Shown piece by piece: positions 7,378 through 16,308 of a stretch of 53,541 bases of DNA. The translations under genes were made by a program, and so were the position numbers. Source of the DNA: a virus. The stretch's first letter is position 1. Every line of letters begins with the position of its first letter. The stretch is from positions 1 to 53,541 of the IMG/VR virus record IMGVR_UViG_3300022751_000003, one strand, 5' to 3'. The notes below the pieces were generated by a model that did no database searches, was not told the DNA's origin, and saw nothing but the letters and a program-made list of their open reading frames with translations.

Positions 7378-8251
7378 CGTATTCAGTTAGGTAATCTATT
7401 TTAATAGTTTTGTTGATATTAAGATTTTTATTAATGTACTCTATGCATTTTTTATAGAGCATAGTCTGCCCAACATAAATATCATGTCTATTGGTTTTGC
7501 ATTCGTAGATACAAACATATTCATCGTTACTGCAAAGAATATCAATGAAGCAATATTTGTCTTTTTTTTCTTCTTTAAGACGGTATTTAATCGGAAATTG
7601 GTATAAAACAACCGGCCATTCGTTTCTAAGAAAATCAACCTGGCGCAACTCGAATTCTTTAGATGATTTATTTATATCAGTTAACCTATTAATAACTTCA
7701 TAAGATGAGACGCTTATATGTTTATCTTGAAGGTCACTTAATCCATTATCTAAATAAAATTGGAGTAACGCTTTTGCGTGTATCTTACCTTTTAAGTTGG
7801 CGGATCTAATTATATTTGGTAACCAGTTTTTGAAAACGTCTAAAAAATAATCTTGAGGTAAGAAGTTATAAATTCTATGTTCAACTTTATCGTTTGAAAA
7901 ATTAACACATCCATTAAAATTCTCATTGAATCTGTTTGTGAATATTCTGGTTTCAGAACCGCACAAGCAACGCTTTTTATGATACGCGGTTAGTGCACGA
8001 GAATACCTATCCTTAGATATATCCAGGTTTAATGAAAGTTTCGTTTCCGCTTCTTGGTATAATTTTATCAATGTTTCTTTATTTTTATTGATCTCTACCA
8101 TAGCAGTTTCAATTTTCTGTTGCTGCTTTAGCTTTAAGAAATTATGAAAATCATCAACTTCTTTTTTACTCATCTTACAGGCATATTCAATCTCAATATC
8201 CTTAACATTTATGTAGTTTTTATTTATCTCATTTACTTCCATAGTTGACAT
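7370..8251 (-). CDS. hypothetical protein with topoisomerase-type Zn finger and a possible PD-(D/E)xK motif
   Basis: CLCGSETRIF...FNGCVNF resembles zf-C4_Topoisom. C-terminal FIDILCSNDEYVCIYECKT resembles D...E.K. Track start is TTG, so moved to the ATG at 8251. Confidence 0.35.
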   Translation of the reverse strand: MSTMEVNEINKNYINVKDIEIEYACKMSKKEVDDFHNFLKLKQQQKIETAMVEINKNKETLIKLYQEAETKLSLNLDISKDRYSRALTAYHKKRCLCGSETRIFTNRFNENFNGCVNFSNDKVEHRIYNFLPQDYFLDVFKNWLPNIIRSANLKGKIHAKALLQFYLDNGLSDLQDKHISVSSYEVINRLTDINKSSKEFELRQVDFLRNEWPVVLYQFPIKYRLKEEKKDKYCFIDILCSNDEYVCIYECKTNRHDIYVGQTMLYKKCIEYINKNLNINKTIKIDYLTEYDG

Positions 8252-8276
8252 TGTCAAAAGTTTTAAGCCTAAAAAT

Positions 8277-8432
8277 TTAACCTAAGTATATTAAAACTGC
8301 TCCATCAATAACTAATGAAGTAAGTCGCTTATCCTTAACCATCTGGTTTACGAGCTGCCTGCTCATCTTATTTTTTTTGGCGTATGCCGCCTGGGTGATA
8401 AGTTTTGTCCTATCTACCTTTAATGTTTCCAT
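8277..8432 (-). CDS. small HTH DNA-binding protein (51 aa)
   Basis: Hand-read ORF METLKVDRTKLITQAAYAKKNKMSRQLVNQMVKDKRL..., an excisionase/Cro-like helix-turn-helix pattern. Confidence 0.4.
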   Translation of the reverse strand: METLKVDRTKLITQAAYAKKNKMSRQLVNQMVKDKRLTSLVIDGAVLIYLG

Positions 8433-8496
8433 GCTGCTAATATAGTTAATACACTTTACATTGTCAAATTAATATACAAATAATCCCCCGTAAACC

Positions 8497-8742
8497 CTAC
8501 CTTTTACTATGGCTCAGCAAATAAATCTGCCTACGAATAGCATCTGGTGTACGGTTAAGTTTAGTCTGCAACTCGGCAATACTAACCAATGGGTACTGCG
8601 CCGCCAACCGCTTTTCGCCAGTAGTCCAAGGCCGCATCTTTGGCCTAATGTATGGCTTAACAGGCAATCCATCGCGTTCACGTTTCGTATTGTAGAAGTC
8701 GGTAACCTCAATGGTTATTCTGTTCAGGGTTGTTATGCTCAT
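8497..8742 (-). CDS. hypothetical protein (81 aa, basic)
   Basis: The ORF track start is TTG. The first ATG gives MSITTLNR... Confidence 0.45.
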   Translation of the reverse strand: MSITTLNRITIEVTDFYNTKRERDGLPVKPYIRPKMRPWTTGEKRLAAQYPLVSIAELQTKLNRTPDAIRRQIYLLSHSKR

Positions 8743-8878
8743 TTTCTTCAATTAATTTAAGTACAATTTCGTGGCTTTGTAGCTCCTCGCGCAACCTGTC
8801 AAGTTCGGCTTGCTTCCAGGTTATCTGCTCGGTTAAGGTGGCTACTCGAGTGGTTAGATAGGTGTAGGTTTGGGTCAT
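8708..8878 (-). CDS. hypothetical coiled-coil protein (56 aa)
   Basis: Hand-read ORF MTQTYTYLTTRVATLTEQITWKQAELDRLREELQ... Its ATG overlaps the methyltransferase stop (ATGA). Confidence 0.3.
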   Translation of the reverse strand: MTQTYTYLTTRVATLTEQITWKQAELDRLREELQSHEIVLKLIEENEHNNPEQNNH

Positions 8879-9627
8879 GCGAATAGTGAAGGAGCAGCTT
8901 GTAATTTTTCAATTCTTTTAAGAGAAGATGAATAGTAATTTACATCTTTTTCAATACAAATATAATTACGCCCTTCCATTATACAAGCTGCTGCGGTTGT
9001 TCCGCTACCTGAACAATTATCCAACACTAAATCCCCTTCGTTGGAGTAGGTTTTGATAAGATAACGGAATAAGTCAACTGGCTTTTGAGTACTATGGTCA
9101 TTTTCAGTTGTACGGTCGCCGTTGGTTATCTCTATAACTGATTGAGGAAATCTTTTACCCTCATCATCGAATGGCTCAATCCTATTTTGATTAAAATCAT
9201 TATAGCAGCCTCCATTTCTATCATTTTTTCGCATTCCTTTTTTTCTTTTACCTACTCCCATTTGAGGGTTATAACTAGGCAAAGATTTATAAAAAATGCA
9301 AATATGTTCATGGTTTCTCATTGGCATACGATTAGCATTCAAAAATCCAGTACCTAAAGGTTTATACCAAATAAGATCGTACTTAAACAACCGGCGATTA
9401 CTATTTATTAAATCCGTAGTAAAAGGCTGTGCAGCTGTTAATATTATAGCTCCATTCGGTTTTATTATTCCCTCATACTCGTTCCAAAGTTTATCAAATG
9501 GAATTATTATATCCCATTTGTTTTGAGTGGTTCCATACGGCAAATCGCATAGTATAAGGTCTATACTTTCAAATTCTATTAGCGGCATCATTTCAAGGCA
9601 ATCACCGTTTAGTATGGTGTTTATCAT
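8875..9627 (-). CDS. beta-class N6-adenine / N4-cytosine DNA methyltransferase
   Basis: Motif IV LILCDLPYG near the N-terminus and motif I DNCSGSGTTAAAC near the C-terminus (N6_N4_Mtase order). Confidence 0.85.
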   Translation of the reverse strand: MINTILNGDCLEMMPLIEFESIDLILCDLPYGTTQNKWDIIIPFDKLWNEYEGIIKPNGAIILTAAQPFTTDLINSNRRLFKYDLIWYKPLGTGFLNANRMPMRNHEHICIFYKSLPSYNPQMGVGKRKKGMRKNDRNGGCYNDFNQNRIEPFDDEGKRFPQSVIEITNGDRTTENDHSTQKPVDLFRYLIKTYSNEGDLVLDNCSGSGTTAAACIMEGRNYICIEKDVNYYSSSLKRIEKLQAAPSLFA

Positions 9628-9875
9628 CTTTTCATTTTTAAATATTCCTCAATTAAAGCGGCATCTTTCTCGCTTCGTTTTATTTTTACCGGTTCTGGTG
9701 GTGGCTTCACATCCCCCAACAAATCTACACGGCACGGAAACAACTCCCCGCCATTCCAGGAGCAGAACGCGACGTGTCCATTATAGTGGCTTATCGTTAG
9801 TTCTGCTCCTTTGGGCGCGTATAGCTTGCCTGAGTGGTGGGAGGTGATGTTGGCGATGGCGAATTTAATCGGCAT
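9624..9875 (-). CDS. hypothetical protein (83 aa)
   Basis: ORF overlapping both neighbours by a few nt. Confidence 0.5.
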   Translation of the reverse strand: MPIKFAIANITSHHSGKLYAPKGAELTISHYNGHVAFCSWNGGELFPCRVDLLGDVKPPPEPVKIKRSEKDAALIEEYLKMKR

Positions 9876-10176
9876 TAGCTAATTGTAAAAGGATATCAGC
9901 GTGACAATGCGCCCCGGGCTTGCAAAAGCAGGCAAGGTTTTTACCCTTAAGTGGTTTTAAATAATCCCGTAAAGTCCCAGCCTCTTCTTTCCCCTCTAAG
10001 TACAATTTAAATAACTGAACAGCGTGTTCTGCATCAATAGTTACATTATGATTTTGTGGAGACTTATCTCCCACCTTAAATGGATTGCCCCATTTACTTT
10101 GACGTGATACACTAACCGTATCCTCAGGCATAGACCAACCCTTGACACGTTTTCTTTGTATTCTTATCGGTTCCAT
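9865..10176 (-). CDS. DUF4326-like protein
   Basis: IQRKRVKGWSMP...SKWGNPFKV...LKGKNLACFCKPGAHCHADILL matches my memory of DUF4326. Confidence 0.5.
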   Translation of the reverse strand: MEPIRIQRKRVKGWSMPEDTVSVSRQSKWGNPFKVGDKSPQNHNVTIDAEHAVQLFKLYLEGKEEAGTLRDYLKPLKGKNLACFCKPGAHCHADILLQLANAD

Positions 10177-10183
10177 AGTTTAA

Positions 10184-10483
10184 TTATTGATAATATGCCT
10201 GTATTGACTTCCATCTTGTTTCTGTAAGCCGGTATTCTGTTAATTCATCATACACCCTTACATCATCATCAAGACATTGCTTTATAGATGTAAGATAATT
10301 TTCAGATATTTTAACCTGTGGTATATTATCAATTAATAAAAATGAAACCTCCGGCGAAATAGTGATATATGAGCCTTTATTTTTATAAAGCAAATCGATC
10401 AGATGTTTAACTCCGGGATGCAATAATTGTAAAGTTACAGGGAAGCCATGTAGCCGCCCTGTTTTGTATGGTGTTATATTCAT
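10184..10483 (-). CDS. hypothetical protein (99 aa)
   Basis: ORF in a same-strand tiling. Confidence 0.5.
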   Translation of the reverse strand: MNITPYKTGRLHGFPVTLQLLHPGVKHLIDLLYKNKGSYITISPEVSFLLIDNIPQVKISENYLTSIKQCLDDDVRVYDELTEYRLTETRWKSIQAYYQ

Positions 10484-10597
10484 TTCTTACACAAACAATA
10501 ATCACTCAATGTTACTTACAACACTGGCACACCTCGCATCGTACGCAATATTCAGCGAGGCACTTGGGGCAGGTGACGTAGACGCAGTGGTTATGTA

Positions 10598-10864
10598 CTA
10601 CTCTACCTTCCACACCCTCAAACTATTAAAGGCGGTATCCTTGTATTCCCGGCCTTCAAGGTTAAAGTGAAGCGTTACAATATCACCTGGCCGTTTACTA
10701 TCCAAAAGAGCAACCCTATCGCCGGTAAACTCAAACTTGCATATCTGCTCTTTGTTATTGCCAGACATAAAGGCTACTAATAAATCCCGTTTTTTAAAAT
10801 TATCAGTTACCTGTTCTGTTGCTTTTACTTCTTTAATTGCAACCTTTAATGAAAAACTACTCAT
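10598..10864 (-). CDS. DUF3127-like (OB-fold-like) protein
   Basis: FKKRDLLV...FEFTGDRVALLDSKRPGDIVTLHFNLEGREY...FNSLRVWKV matches the DUF3127 pattern common in Bacteroidota and their phages. Confidence 0.5.
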   Translation of the reverse strand: MSSFSLKVAIKEVKATEQVTDNFKKRDLLVAFMSGNNKEQICKFEFTGDRVALLDSKRPGDIVTLHFNLEGREYKDTAFNSLRVWKVE

Positions 10865-10865
10865 G

Positions 10866-11366
10866 TTATTTAAGTTTTATTTCGATACCGTCTTTAGCGG
10901 TTCTTATGGGTGGATTAATAGTTACTACTTCGCCTGTTTCTTCAATAATAATTGGCGTAGGCGTTTTAACGGTTTGAAGGAAGGCCTCGCGTTCTGCCAT
11001 TTCTTTTTTGTAAAACTCGAAATTTACTACGTGTTCATTCCAAAACGGATCGTTACAATTTGCATAATCCCATTTTACACCGGTTTGCTTTCGGCTTATC
11101 TCGGCATAGTAGAGGCTTATTGATTTTTCACGCTGCTTTTCTTCAACAATTGGGCGTATTAACTTTTCCAATTCAGTTCCAATAAATTTAAATTTTGCAG
11201 CATTAATCAAAGCTTTGCTTTCGTCAAATTCCCCTTCCATTACAAGGTTGTAAGCTGCAACTACCATTTCTGATAGTTGAGCTTTGGTCATTTGCATTAC
11301 GGGTTGGTATTGCTCTATACCTTCCTCCTCTTGAAGGAGCATAGCTATTTCTTTAGATAAACCCAT
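10866..11366 (-). CDS. hypothetical protein (166 aa)
   Basis: ORF abutting the recT-like gene. Confidence 0.55.
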   Translation of the reverse strand: MGLSKEIAMLLQEEEGIEQYQPVMQMTKAQLSEMVVAAYNLVMEGEFDESKALINAAKFKFIGTELEKLIRPIVEEKQREKSISLYYAEISRKQTGVKWDYANCNDPFWNEHVVNFEFYKKEMAEREAFLQTVKTPTPIIIEETGEVVTINPPIRTAKDGIEIKLK

Positions 11367-12070
11367 TAAGCTGCCTCCTCTAAAGCCTGGTTTAATGCAA
11401 GTTCTACATCTTCGGGAATTGACATACCGGCAGCTTCTGCAACGCCCCTCACTTGCTCAATAGTCTTACCGTCCTGCATAGCTTTAACGGCACTTTTAAA
11501 AGCTTTGCTACCAATCCCCATAGCAGGTAGCACTTTAACTTCTTCGTGTTCGGCATCTTCTGTTTGAGGGCTGTTATCAAATGCCATTTCCTCGGGAACA
11601 TAAACCGGTCCTGCAAAAACATCAGGGCAGTACCATTTTACACCGTTACTCATAGCACGGGCGAAAAGCATGTTCTTTGGAAATCTTTCGAGGTTTTGTG
11701 TGCCTGCTTTTTTTGCTTCTGCGATTGTGAATTTTGAATTTCCTATATTGTCTTTACCCTGGTAAAAATCAATACTACATTCGGTATCATCCAACTTTAA
11801 AACCTTATAGTCGTACTTACCGCTGCCTTTAACCCTGCTGGCTATTATGCCTGCTCCTAAAGTGGTTTTGCCTTTAATGATATGTATACCATTCATTGCC
11901 TGAAAAGGTGGTATACCAATTTCCTGCCCGGCAATAATTTTAACCATTGCCTGTCCGGCTTTACTAACATCAGGGAACATTCCCGAAGCGGCAAACGCCT
12001 CGCTCATGCTCATCACTTCTGCAAATGGCAATTTCTGAATCGCCATTAATTCATTTTTTGTTGTACTCAT
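11366..12070 (-). CDS. recT: RecT-family single-strand annealing protein
   Basis: GIPPFQAMNGIHIIKGKTTL...FTIAEAKKAG...FPKNMLFARAMSNGVKWYCPDVF is the RecT/Bet-type core. Confidence 0.7.
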   Translation of the reverse strand: MSTTKNELMAIQKLPFAEVMSMSEAFAASGMFPDVSKAGQAMVKIIAGQEIGIPPFQAMNGIHIIKGKTTLGAGIIASRVKGSGKYDYKVLKLDDTECSIDFYQGKDNIGNSKFTIAEAKKAGTQNLERFPKNMLFARAMSNGVKWYCPDVFAGPVYVPEEMAFDNSPQTEDAEHEEVKVLPAMGIGSKAFKSAVKAMQDGKTIEQVRGVAEAAGMSIPEDVELALNQALEEAA

Positions 12071-12106
12071 TTCTATCTTTTAGTTAATTGTTTGGATGGG
12101 GGTTAG

Positions 12107-12319
12107 TTAATCTTGGATGTCGAACCATCCTATTAATACTCCAAGTCCTGTTACAGTTCCTACACCGTAGATTACTTCAGCTTTATAAGGCGCTTTAAAA
12201 TCAGATGAGCATAATTTGTAAACGCACCTGCAATATCCTATCAAAAGGAATAAGTAAAACCCTACAAGCAGCAATGCTAAAAAAGAAAAATCGCTTTTGT
12301 TTCTTGATTTAAATTTCAT
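12107..12319 (-). CDS. small membrane protein (70 aa)
   Basis: Two hydrophobic segments: FSFLALLLVGFYLFLLIGY and GVGTVTGLGVLIGWF. Confidence 0.5.
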   Translation of the reverse strand: MKFKSRNKSDFSFLALLLVGFYLFLLIGYCRCVYKLCSSDFKAPYKAEVIYGVGTVTGLGVLIGWFDIQD

Positions 12320-12511
12320 TTTTTAATGTTTTTAAATAACAAAACCCTTGCAGGCCGTTCAGGGTGTCGATGCCTTACTAAGCCCACAAGGGTCTAAATT
12401 TCTTTTAATTAAGGCCAATGTCGACACGCCTTATTCAGTATTTAAATATACGCAATCCCCGCGTACGTTGGTTATCAGTTTTGCTGATGGGGTATCCAAA
12501 TTCCTGATGTG

Positions 12512-12724
12512 TTAAAATGAGTAGCTTAAATCAATGTCTATAGCTTCTTGTGGTGACTGCTCGTTTTCGTAATACTCATACCAGTTAAGCCAATCTTTAT
12601 ACGATCGTATTTTGTAACCCCAATGTTTACCATATTGGTTAAACCTCAATACCCACCTATGTCGATTGAGCGATAAGAATTTCTTTTTTAATTTCCGTGG
12701 GACACGTAATTTTTTCTTTTCCAT
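12512..12724 (-). CDS. hypothetical protein (70 aa, basic, Trp/Tyr-rich)
   Basis: ORF; its start abuts the yopX-like stop. Confidence 0.5.
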   Translation of the reverse strand: MEKKKLRVPRKLKKKFLSLNRHRWVLRFNQYGKHWGYKIRSYKDWLNWYEYYENEQSPQEAIDIDLSYSF

Positions 12725-13155
12725 TACTTTTGATCAGTTAATAAATGTGGGTGAGTGAAACGGTTGCCGATGACTTCATAATCTTCATGAATACCGCAGT
12801 ACCCACTCCCATCATTAAATTCTATACAAAATCCAGGTGTTTTATGTTCAACACCCCAATCATCTTTTCCAATACAGTGATAGCCGAACACTACTAAGTG
12901 TGACTTTTCAGAAGAATTCCCCCACCGAATTAAATCTCCCTCGTAAATCTCAACCCCGTTTTTGTCTGTAAGACCGATGAATTGCATGATTTCGAAATGT
13001 TCATAATCGCACTTGGTAAAGCCGATATGTAACTCATCCTTATCATCAACAAAAACGGTTTGTTCTGAATTAAGCCTCAACAACTCATAATCAAGAGCAT
13101 TGCTTATCATTTTTGAGTTGCGATTATCCCATGCTCTAAACTTCAAATCTCTCAT
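12724..13155 (-). CDS. YopX-family protein
   Basis: MRDLKFRAWDNRNSKMI...IMQFIGLTDKNGVEIYEGDLI is the characteristic YopX N-terminal pattern. Confidence 0.65.
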   Translation of the reverse strand: MRDLKFRAWDNRNSKMISNALDYELLRLNSEQTVFVDDKDELHIGFTKCDYEHFEIMQFIGLTDKNGVEIYEGDLIRWGNSSEKSHLVVFGYHCIGKDDWGVEHKTPGFCIEFNDGSGYCGIHEDYEVIGNRFTHPHLLTDQK

Positions 13156-13409
13156 CTCAACACCTCCTGTAATTCGTTAGAGTAAACGTAAGCAAGGCCA
13201 ATGATCGCGGCAATGGCAACTATACTTACCACCTCCCGCCATGTAATTATCCTACCGCTGTGTTCCATACCACGCAGCCAGTGCGGGCAAAACGGTTGTT
13301 CAATGGGTTCGTACTCAAACACAGGCGGGTTGAGTTTGTTAACTACTTGCCGGCGCACTTCCTGCTCAATCTCCTGAGCCTGGATATAGTTTTGTTGGGT
13401 TTGGTTCAT
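13152..13409 (-). CDS. hypothetical protein with C-terminal TM segment (85 aa)
   Basis: ORF with VVSIVAIAAIIGLAYVY near the C-terminus. Confidence 0.5.
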   Translation of the reverse strand: MNQTQQNYIQAQEIEQEVRRQVVNKLNPPVFEYEPIEQPFCPHWLRGMEHSGRIITWREVVSIVAIAAIIGLAYVYSNELQEVLR

Positions 13410-13556
13410 ATCAGTTTGCTCCTATAAATAAATGCTCTGCAAATGTTGTGTTCCAAAACTTAGCAGGCTTTTTTTCAACAGCCATTATATTATGTTTTGG
13501 CATTACTATACGTATTAGTGTTATATTTTTCATAATATCAATCGTTATTTAAAGCG

Positions 13557-13883
13557 TTAATCTTCGGCAAGCCATGCGTAGAGATCGTGGCGGGTGGTGA
13601 ATTTGAAGACCGAAACGCCATCCAATGTATCATTAACGTAATCAATGATACCCTTGATTGAATCATTTGGACCGCCCGCCAACATAGAATTAATCTGATA
13701 TTCACATCCAAGACCAATAAAGGCAAACTCATCTGGTCGGGGTTTAACTATATAAGCCTTGCCACGACTTGTAACAAATCCAATGTGAGAATAGTCGTCT
13801 ATTTCGTTAATATACACCGGCTTCGGCTTCTCTTCCGGTTTTTCCATCAGTACCGGCACTGCGTTCTTAGGTAAGTTATTCAT
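13557..13883 (-). CDS. hypothetical protein (108 aa)
   Basis: ORF. The overlapping 13538..13732 ORF is an alternative-frame shadow. Confidence 0.5.
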   Translation of the reverse strand: MNNLPKNAVPVLMEKPEEKPKPVYINEIDDYSHIGFVTSRGKAYIVKPRPDEFAFIGLGCEYQINSMLAGGPNDSIKGIIDYVNDTLDGVSVFKFTTRHDLYAWLAED

Positions 13884-14042
13884 TTTATCAAATGTTATCG
13901 TAAAAGTTTTTCTACTATTTCCAAATCATCACAATCCGGATGTTCTTCTTTTGCTATTTCAGCATTTACTTTATTTTGGTAAACACTTAAGACTATGTAA
14001 TCCCAGGAGGCAGCAGGGTTGTATAATACGTATACTTCCATC

Positions 14043-14279
14043 TTATTTATTTTCGTTTAAAGCGTTAATGAGGGCGTCGGCGCAGTATAAAGCAGCGGTA
14101 GCAACATCTACACACCCTCCCTGAATATAGCCGTTAATTGTTGTATCAACAGTATTTGAGGCTATAATCCCCTGCATTGCCATAGCTGCGAAATATTCGC
14201 GTTTGGTCAAGCCTGCCTCCCCCTTGATGTTTTGTGATCCTGTTATGGCAATTGCCTTATCAGTCGGTTCCGTTTTCAT
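14043..14279 (-). CDS. hypothetical protein (78 aa)
   Basis: ORF in a same-strand tiling. Confidence 0.5.
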   Translation of the reverse strand: MKTEPTDKAIAITGSQNIKGEAGLTKREYFAAMAMQGIIASNTVDTTINGYIQGGCVDVATAALYCADALINALNENK

Positions 14280-14299
14280 ATCTTAATTTTCTATGTTAG

Positions 14300-14683
14300 T
14301 TAATAAACATCTCCTTCAACGTCGTGTATGCTGATGGCGAGGCCGGATTGGATGAGCGAAAATAAATCGAACTTACCCTTAACCAAATGCAAAAAAGTTG
14401 AATATGGCAATTCTTTTGACTGAATAGCCTGAATTAGTTTTGGGCGGGTGAAGTATGGAGACAAATCTACATACTCATTTGTCAAATCCGACAGCGGCCT
14501 TAATATGGGTTTGCAAGACCTTACCTGATACCTTTTATTAAACGGCTGCATTATATCAGAAGTAGTCCAGTCGCTAATTTCGGTATAATCAGGCCTGTTA
14601 AAATCACCACGCTTGGTGATGAGTAGTTTCACCCCATAAGGCAAATAGCAGCTTAAATGCTCAATCGTTAGTTTGGTAGGCAT
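14300..14683 (-). CDS. hypothetical protein (127 aa)
   Basis: ORF in a same-strand tiling. Confidence 0.5.
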   Translation of the reverse strand: MPTKLTIEHLSCYLPYGVKLLITKRGDFNRPDYTEISDWTTSDIMQPFNKRYQVRSCKPILRPLSDLTNEYVDLSPYFTRPKLIQAIQSKELPYSTFLHLVKGKFDLFSLIQSGLAISIHDVEGDVY

Positions 14684-14685
14684 GG

Positions 14686-14883
14686 TTAGTAAATAAAGGT
14701 TTCGGTATAAGGTGTTTCTTCTGTGAACTCAACCAGTGCTTTTGCACAGTACTCTGTCATTTGACCAGAAGTTACGTAGGTGTTGTTAAGTTGCGCCATC
14801 GTACGGTCTTGTATGCCGTCGGTATAAGCCTTATGGATAAGGTCTTTTAGTTGATCTTCGGTTATTCCGCTGTATACTTTCAT
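14686..14883 (-). CDS. hypothetical protein (65 aa)
   Basis: ORF in a same-strand tiling. Confidence 0.45.
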   Translation of the reverse strand: MKVYSGITEDQLKDLIHKAYTDGIQDRTMAQLNNTYVTSGQMTEYCAKALVEFTEETPYTETFIY

Positions 14884-14911
14884 CCTTTTTGGTGTGTTTA
14901 AGGGTGGTTAG

Positions 14912-15118
14912 TTAAAGTGACTGGGAGCAATGGCCTTTCATCATGTCATGGTATTTACACCCGCAGAAATCAGGGTGTGCCTTTATATACTCAGCCCATT
15001 GATAAAATGTTGAATGTGGGTTTAATTCAGGTGATGATATGCTTTTTATAAGCACGTTATCATAATAGATGATTTTGCCATTATCGTGGCTTGATAGTTC
15101 TTTGCCGTGTATTTTCAT
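14912..15118 (-). CDS. hypothetical Cys/His-rich protein (68 aa)
   Basis: ORF ending HPDFCGCKYHDMMKGHCSQSL. Confidence 0.45.
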   Translation of the reverse strand: MKIHGKELSSHDNGKIIYYDNVLIKSISSPELNPHSTFYQWAEYIKAHPDFCGCKYHDMMKGHCSQSL

Positions 15119-15235
15119 CTCTCAATAATTTTAATCGTCTGCAAACTCTCCCCCTTCGCCGCATACAACCTTGCATGGGCGGGGCTTAATCCCATGAGGC
15201 GCGCTATTTTGTAGCGTTGGCGGGTTTCGTGGAGG

Positions 15236-15511
15236 CTACTTTGCATATTTCGCCTCCAAATATTGTTTAACAACTTCGTTTAAGTTGTCGTTAAGGTAGG
15301 TGCAAACATTATACACCCGATCACCACCGGTAGGCAGTATTTCGTGGTTAAGTTGCTCCTCTATTATATATCCCTTCAAATCGCTAACCTGTATTGGCTC
15401 CGCGTTCTTTTCTTCAATCAGCGTATCGCCTTCAAATACTTGATAGTCGGCGTACACTACTGCCTTGATGCGGATAACGTCGTATAGTTCGATTTCTTTG
15501 GTGCTGTTCAT
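15236..15511 (-). CDS. hypothetical protein, first gene of the leftward operon
   Basis: The track start at 15535 is TTG. The first ATG (MNSTKEIELYD) is at 15511. Confidence 0.5.
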   Translation of the reverse strand: MNSTKEIELYDVIRIKAVVYADYQVFEGDTLIEEKNAEPIQVSDLKGYIIEEQLNHEILPTGGDRVYNVCTYLNDNLNEVVKQYLEAKYAK

Positions 15512-15560
15512 ATCATTCCTTATTTTGTATTGCAATTGTACGGACTTTAATTTAATGGTG

Positions 15561-15568
15561 CAAATTTA
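15561..15568 (-). promoter_or_regulatory. candidate Bacteroidota -7 box (TAAATTTG) for leftward transcription
   Basis: Matches TAnnTTTG on the minus strand, about 50 nt upstream of the ATG at 15511. Confidence 0.3.
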
Positions 15569-15641
15569 TTTTATGTTTTTTTCGAAGTTTTTTTATTTGA
15601 TAATAATGTGATAATTATTTGTGTAAACCATTTTAATAATT

Positions 15642-15649
15642 TACATTTG
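15642..15649 (+). promoter_or_regulatory. candidate -7 box (TACATTTG) directly upstream of the RHH gene
   Basis: TACATTTGTTGCATG. The same string (TACATTTGTTAGCATG) precedes the portal ATG. Confidence 0.35.
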
Positions 15650-15653
15650 TTGC

Positions 15654-15845
15654 ATGTCAAAAGAAATAGTAATTATACAAACTACAATCTCATTAGATGA
15701 GGCTGTTAGGGATACCGCAAAAAGAGAAGCTAAAAAAGGGCGCAATAGTTTATCGTCTTATATAGAAATGCTTATCACCGCCGATTTAAAAAAGCGCGGC
15801 GTATCATCAATATCTAATAAGGATCTAAATAAACCTGTACAATAA
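15654..15845 (+). CDS. ribbon-helix-helix (CopG/Arc-like) DNA-binding protein
   Basis: 63 aa. ISLDEAVRDTAKREAKKGRNSLSSYIEMLITADLKKRG fits a beta-strand/helix/helix RHH layout. First rightward gene. Confidence 0.5.
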   Translation: MSKEIVIIQTTISLDEAVRDTAKREAKKGRNSLSSYIEMLITADLKKRGVSSISNKDLNKPVQ

Positions 15846-15847
15846 CT

Positions 15848-16285
15848 ATGTCATTAAGGGACTGTGCTTGGCATAATAAAACCGATGTTATAGAATTAAC
15901 ATCGGAATACATTTATACTGTTTCGTGTCCGCTAACCGGTTTTGTGGTGTATGTAGGCAAGTCTAAGAATCCAAATGCAAGACTATTGCAGCACTGTAAA
16001 AGTGCCAAATCGGAAGTGGGTAAGTGGATTAATGCTATTAAATACATTCAATTAGAACCAGTTTTTAATATAATAGATTCTACTTATGGCAACATATTTA
16101 AGATGGAGTGTTATTATATTGATTATTACAGGTCAAAAGGGATGGCAATTTATAACCACACAGTTACAACATGGTTCGATAAAACCCGTCCTTGTAAAAG
16201 GTATTTTAATGATTACAGATACCTTAATACATATTCAGGTAAACTACCGATTAGTTATTACAAAGAATTGTTCACCGAGGCTTAA
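15848..16285 (+). CDS. GIY-YIG domain nuclease-like protein
   Basis: YIYTVSCPLTGFVVYVGKSKNPNARLLQH supplies GIY / YVG / R..H elements, with a downstream Glu in KMECYYIDYY. Confidence 0.45.
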   Translation: MSLRDCAWHNKTDVIELTSEYIYTVSCPLTGFVVYVGKSKNPNARLLQHCKSAKSEVGKWINAIKYIQLEPVFNIIDSTYGNIFKMECYYIDYYRSKGMAIYNHTVTTWFDKTRPCKRYFNDYRYLNTYSGKLPISYYKELFTEA

Positions 16286-16308
16286 AACCCACTAAAATTT
16301 ATAGAGAA

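Noticed and set aside
10484-10597. Cys-rich mini-ORF (…HNHCVYVTCPKCLAEYCVRCEVCQCCK) between two genes
   Set aside because: It could start only at a GTG overlapping the upstream stop. At about 35 codons it is too short and too weakly supported to call.
12320-12511. 190-nt non-coding gap with inverted repeats (ACCCTTG...CAAGGGT; GTGTCGA...TCGACAC), examined as a possible tRNA or ncRNA
   Set aside because: I could not build a cloverleaf: there is no acceptor stem or GTTCRA T-loop. The pairing is short and could arise by chance in an intergenic or promoter region.
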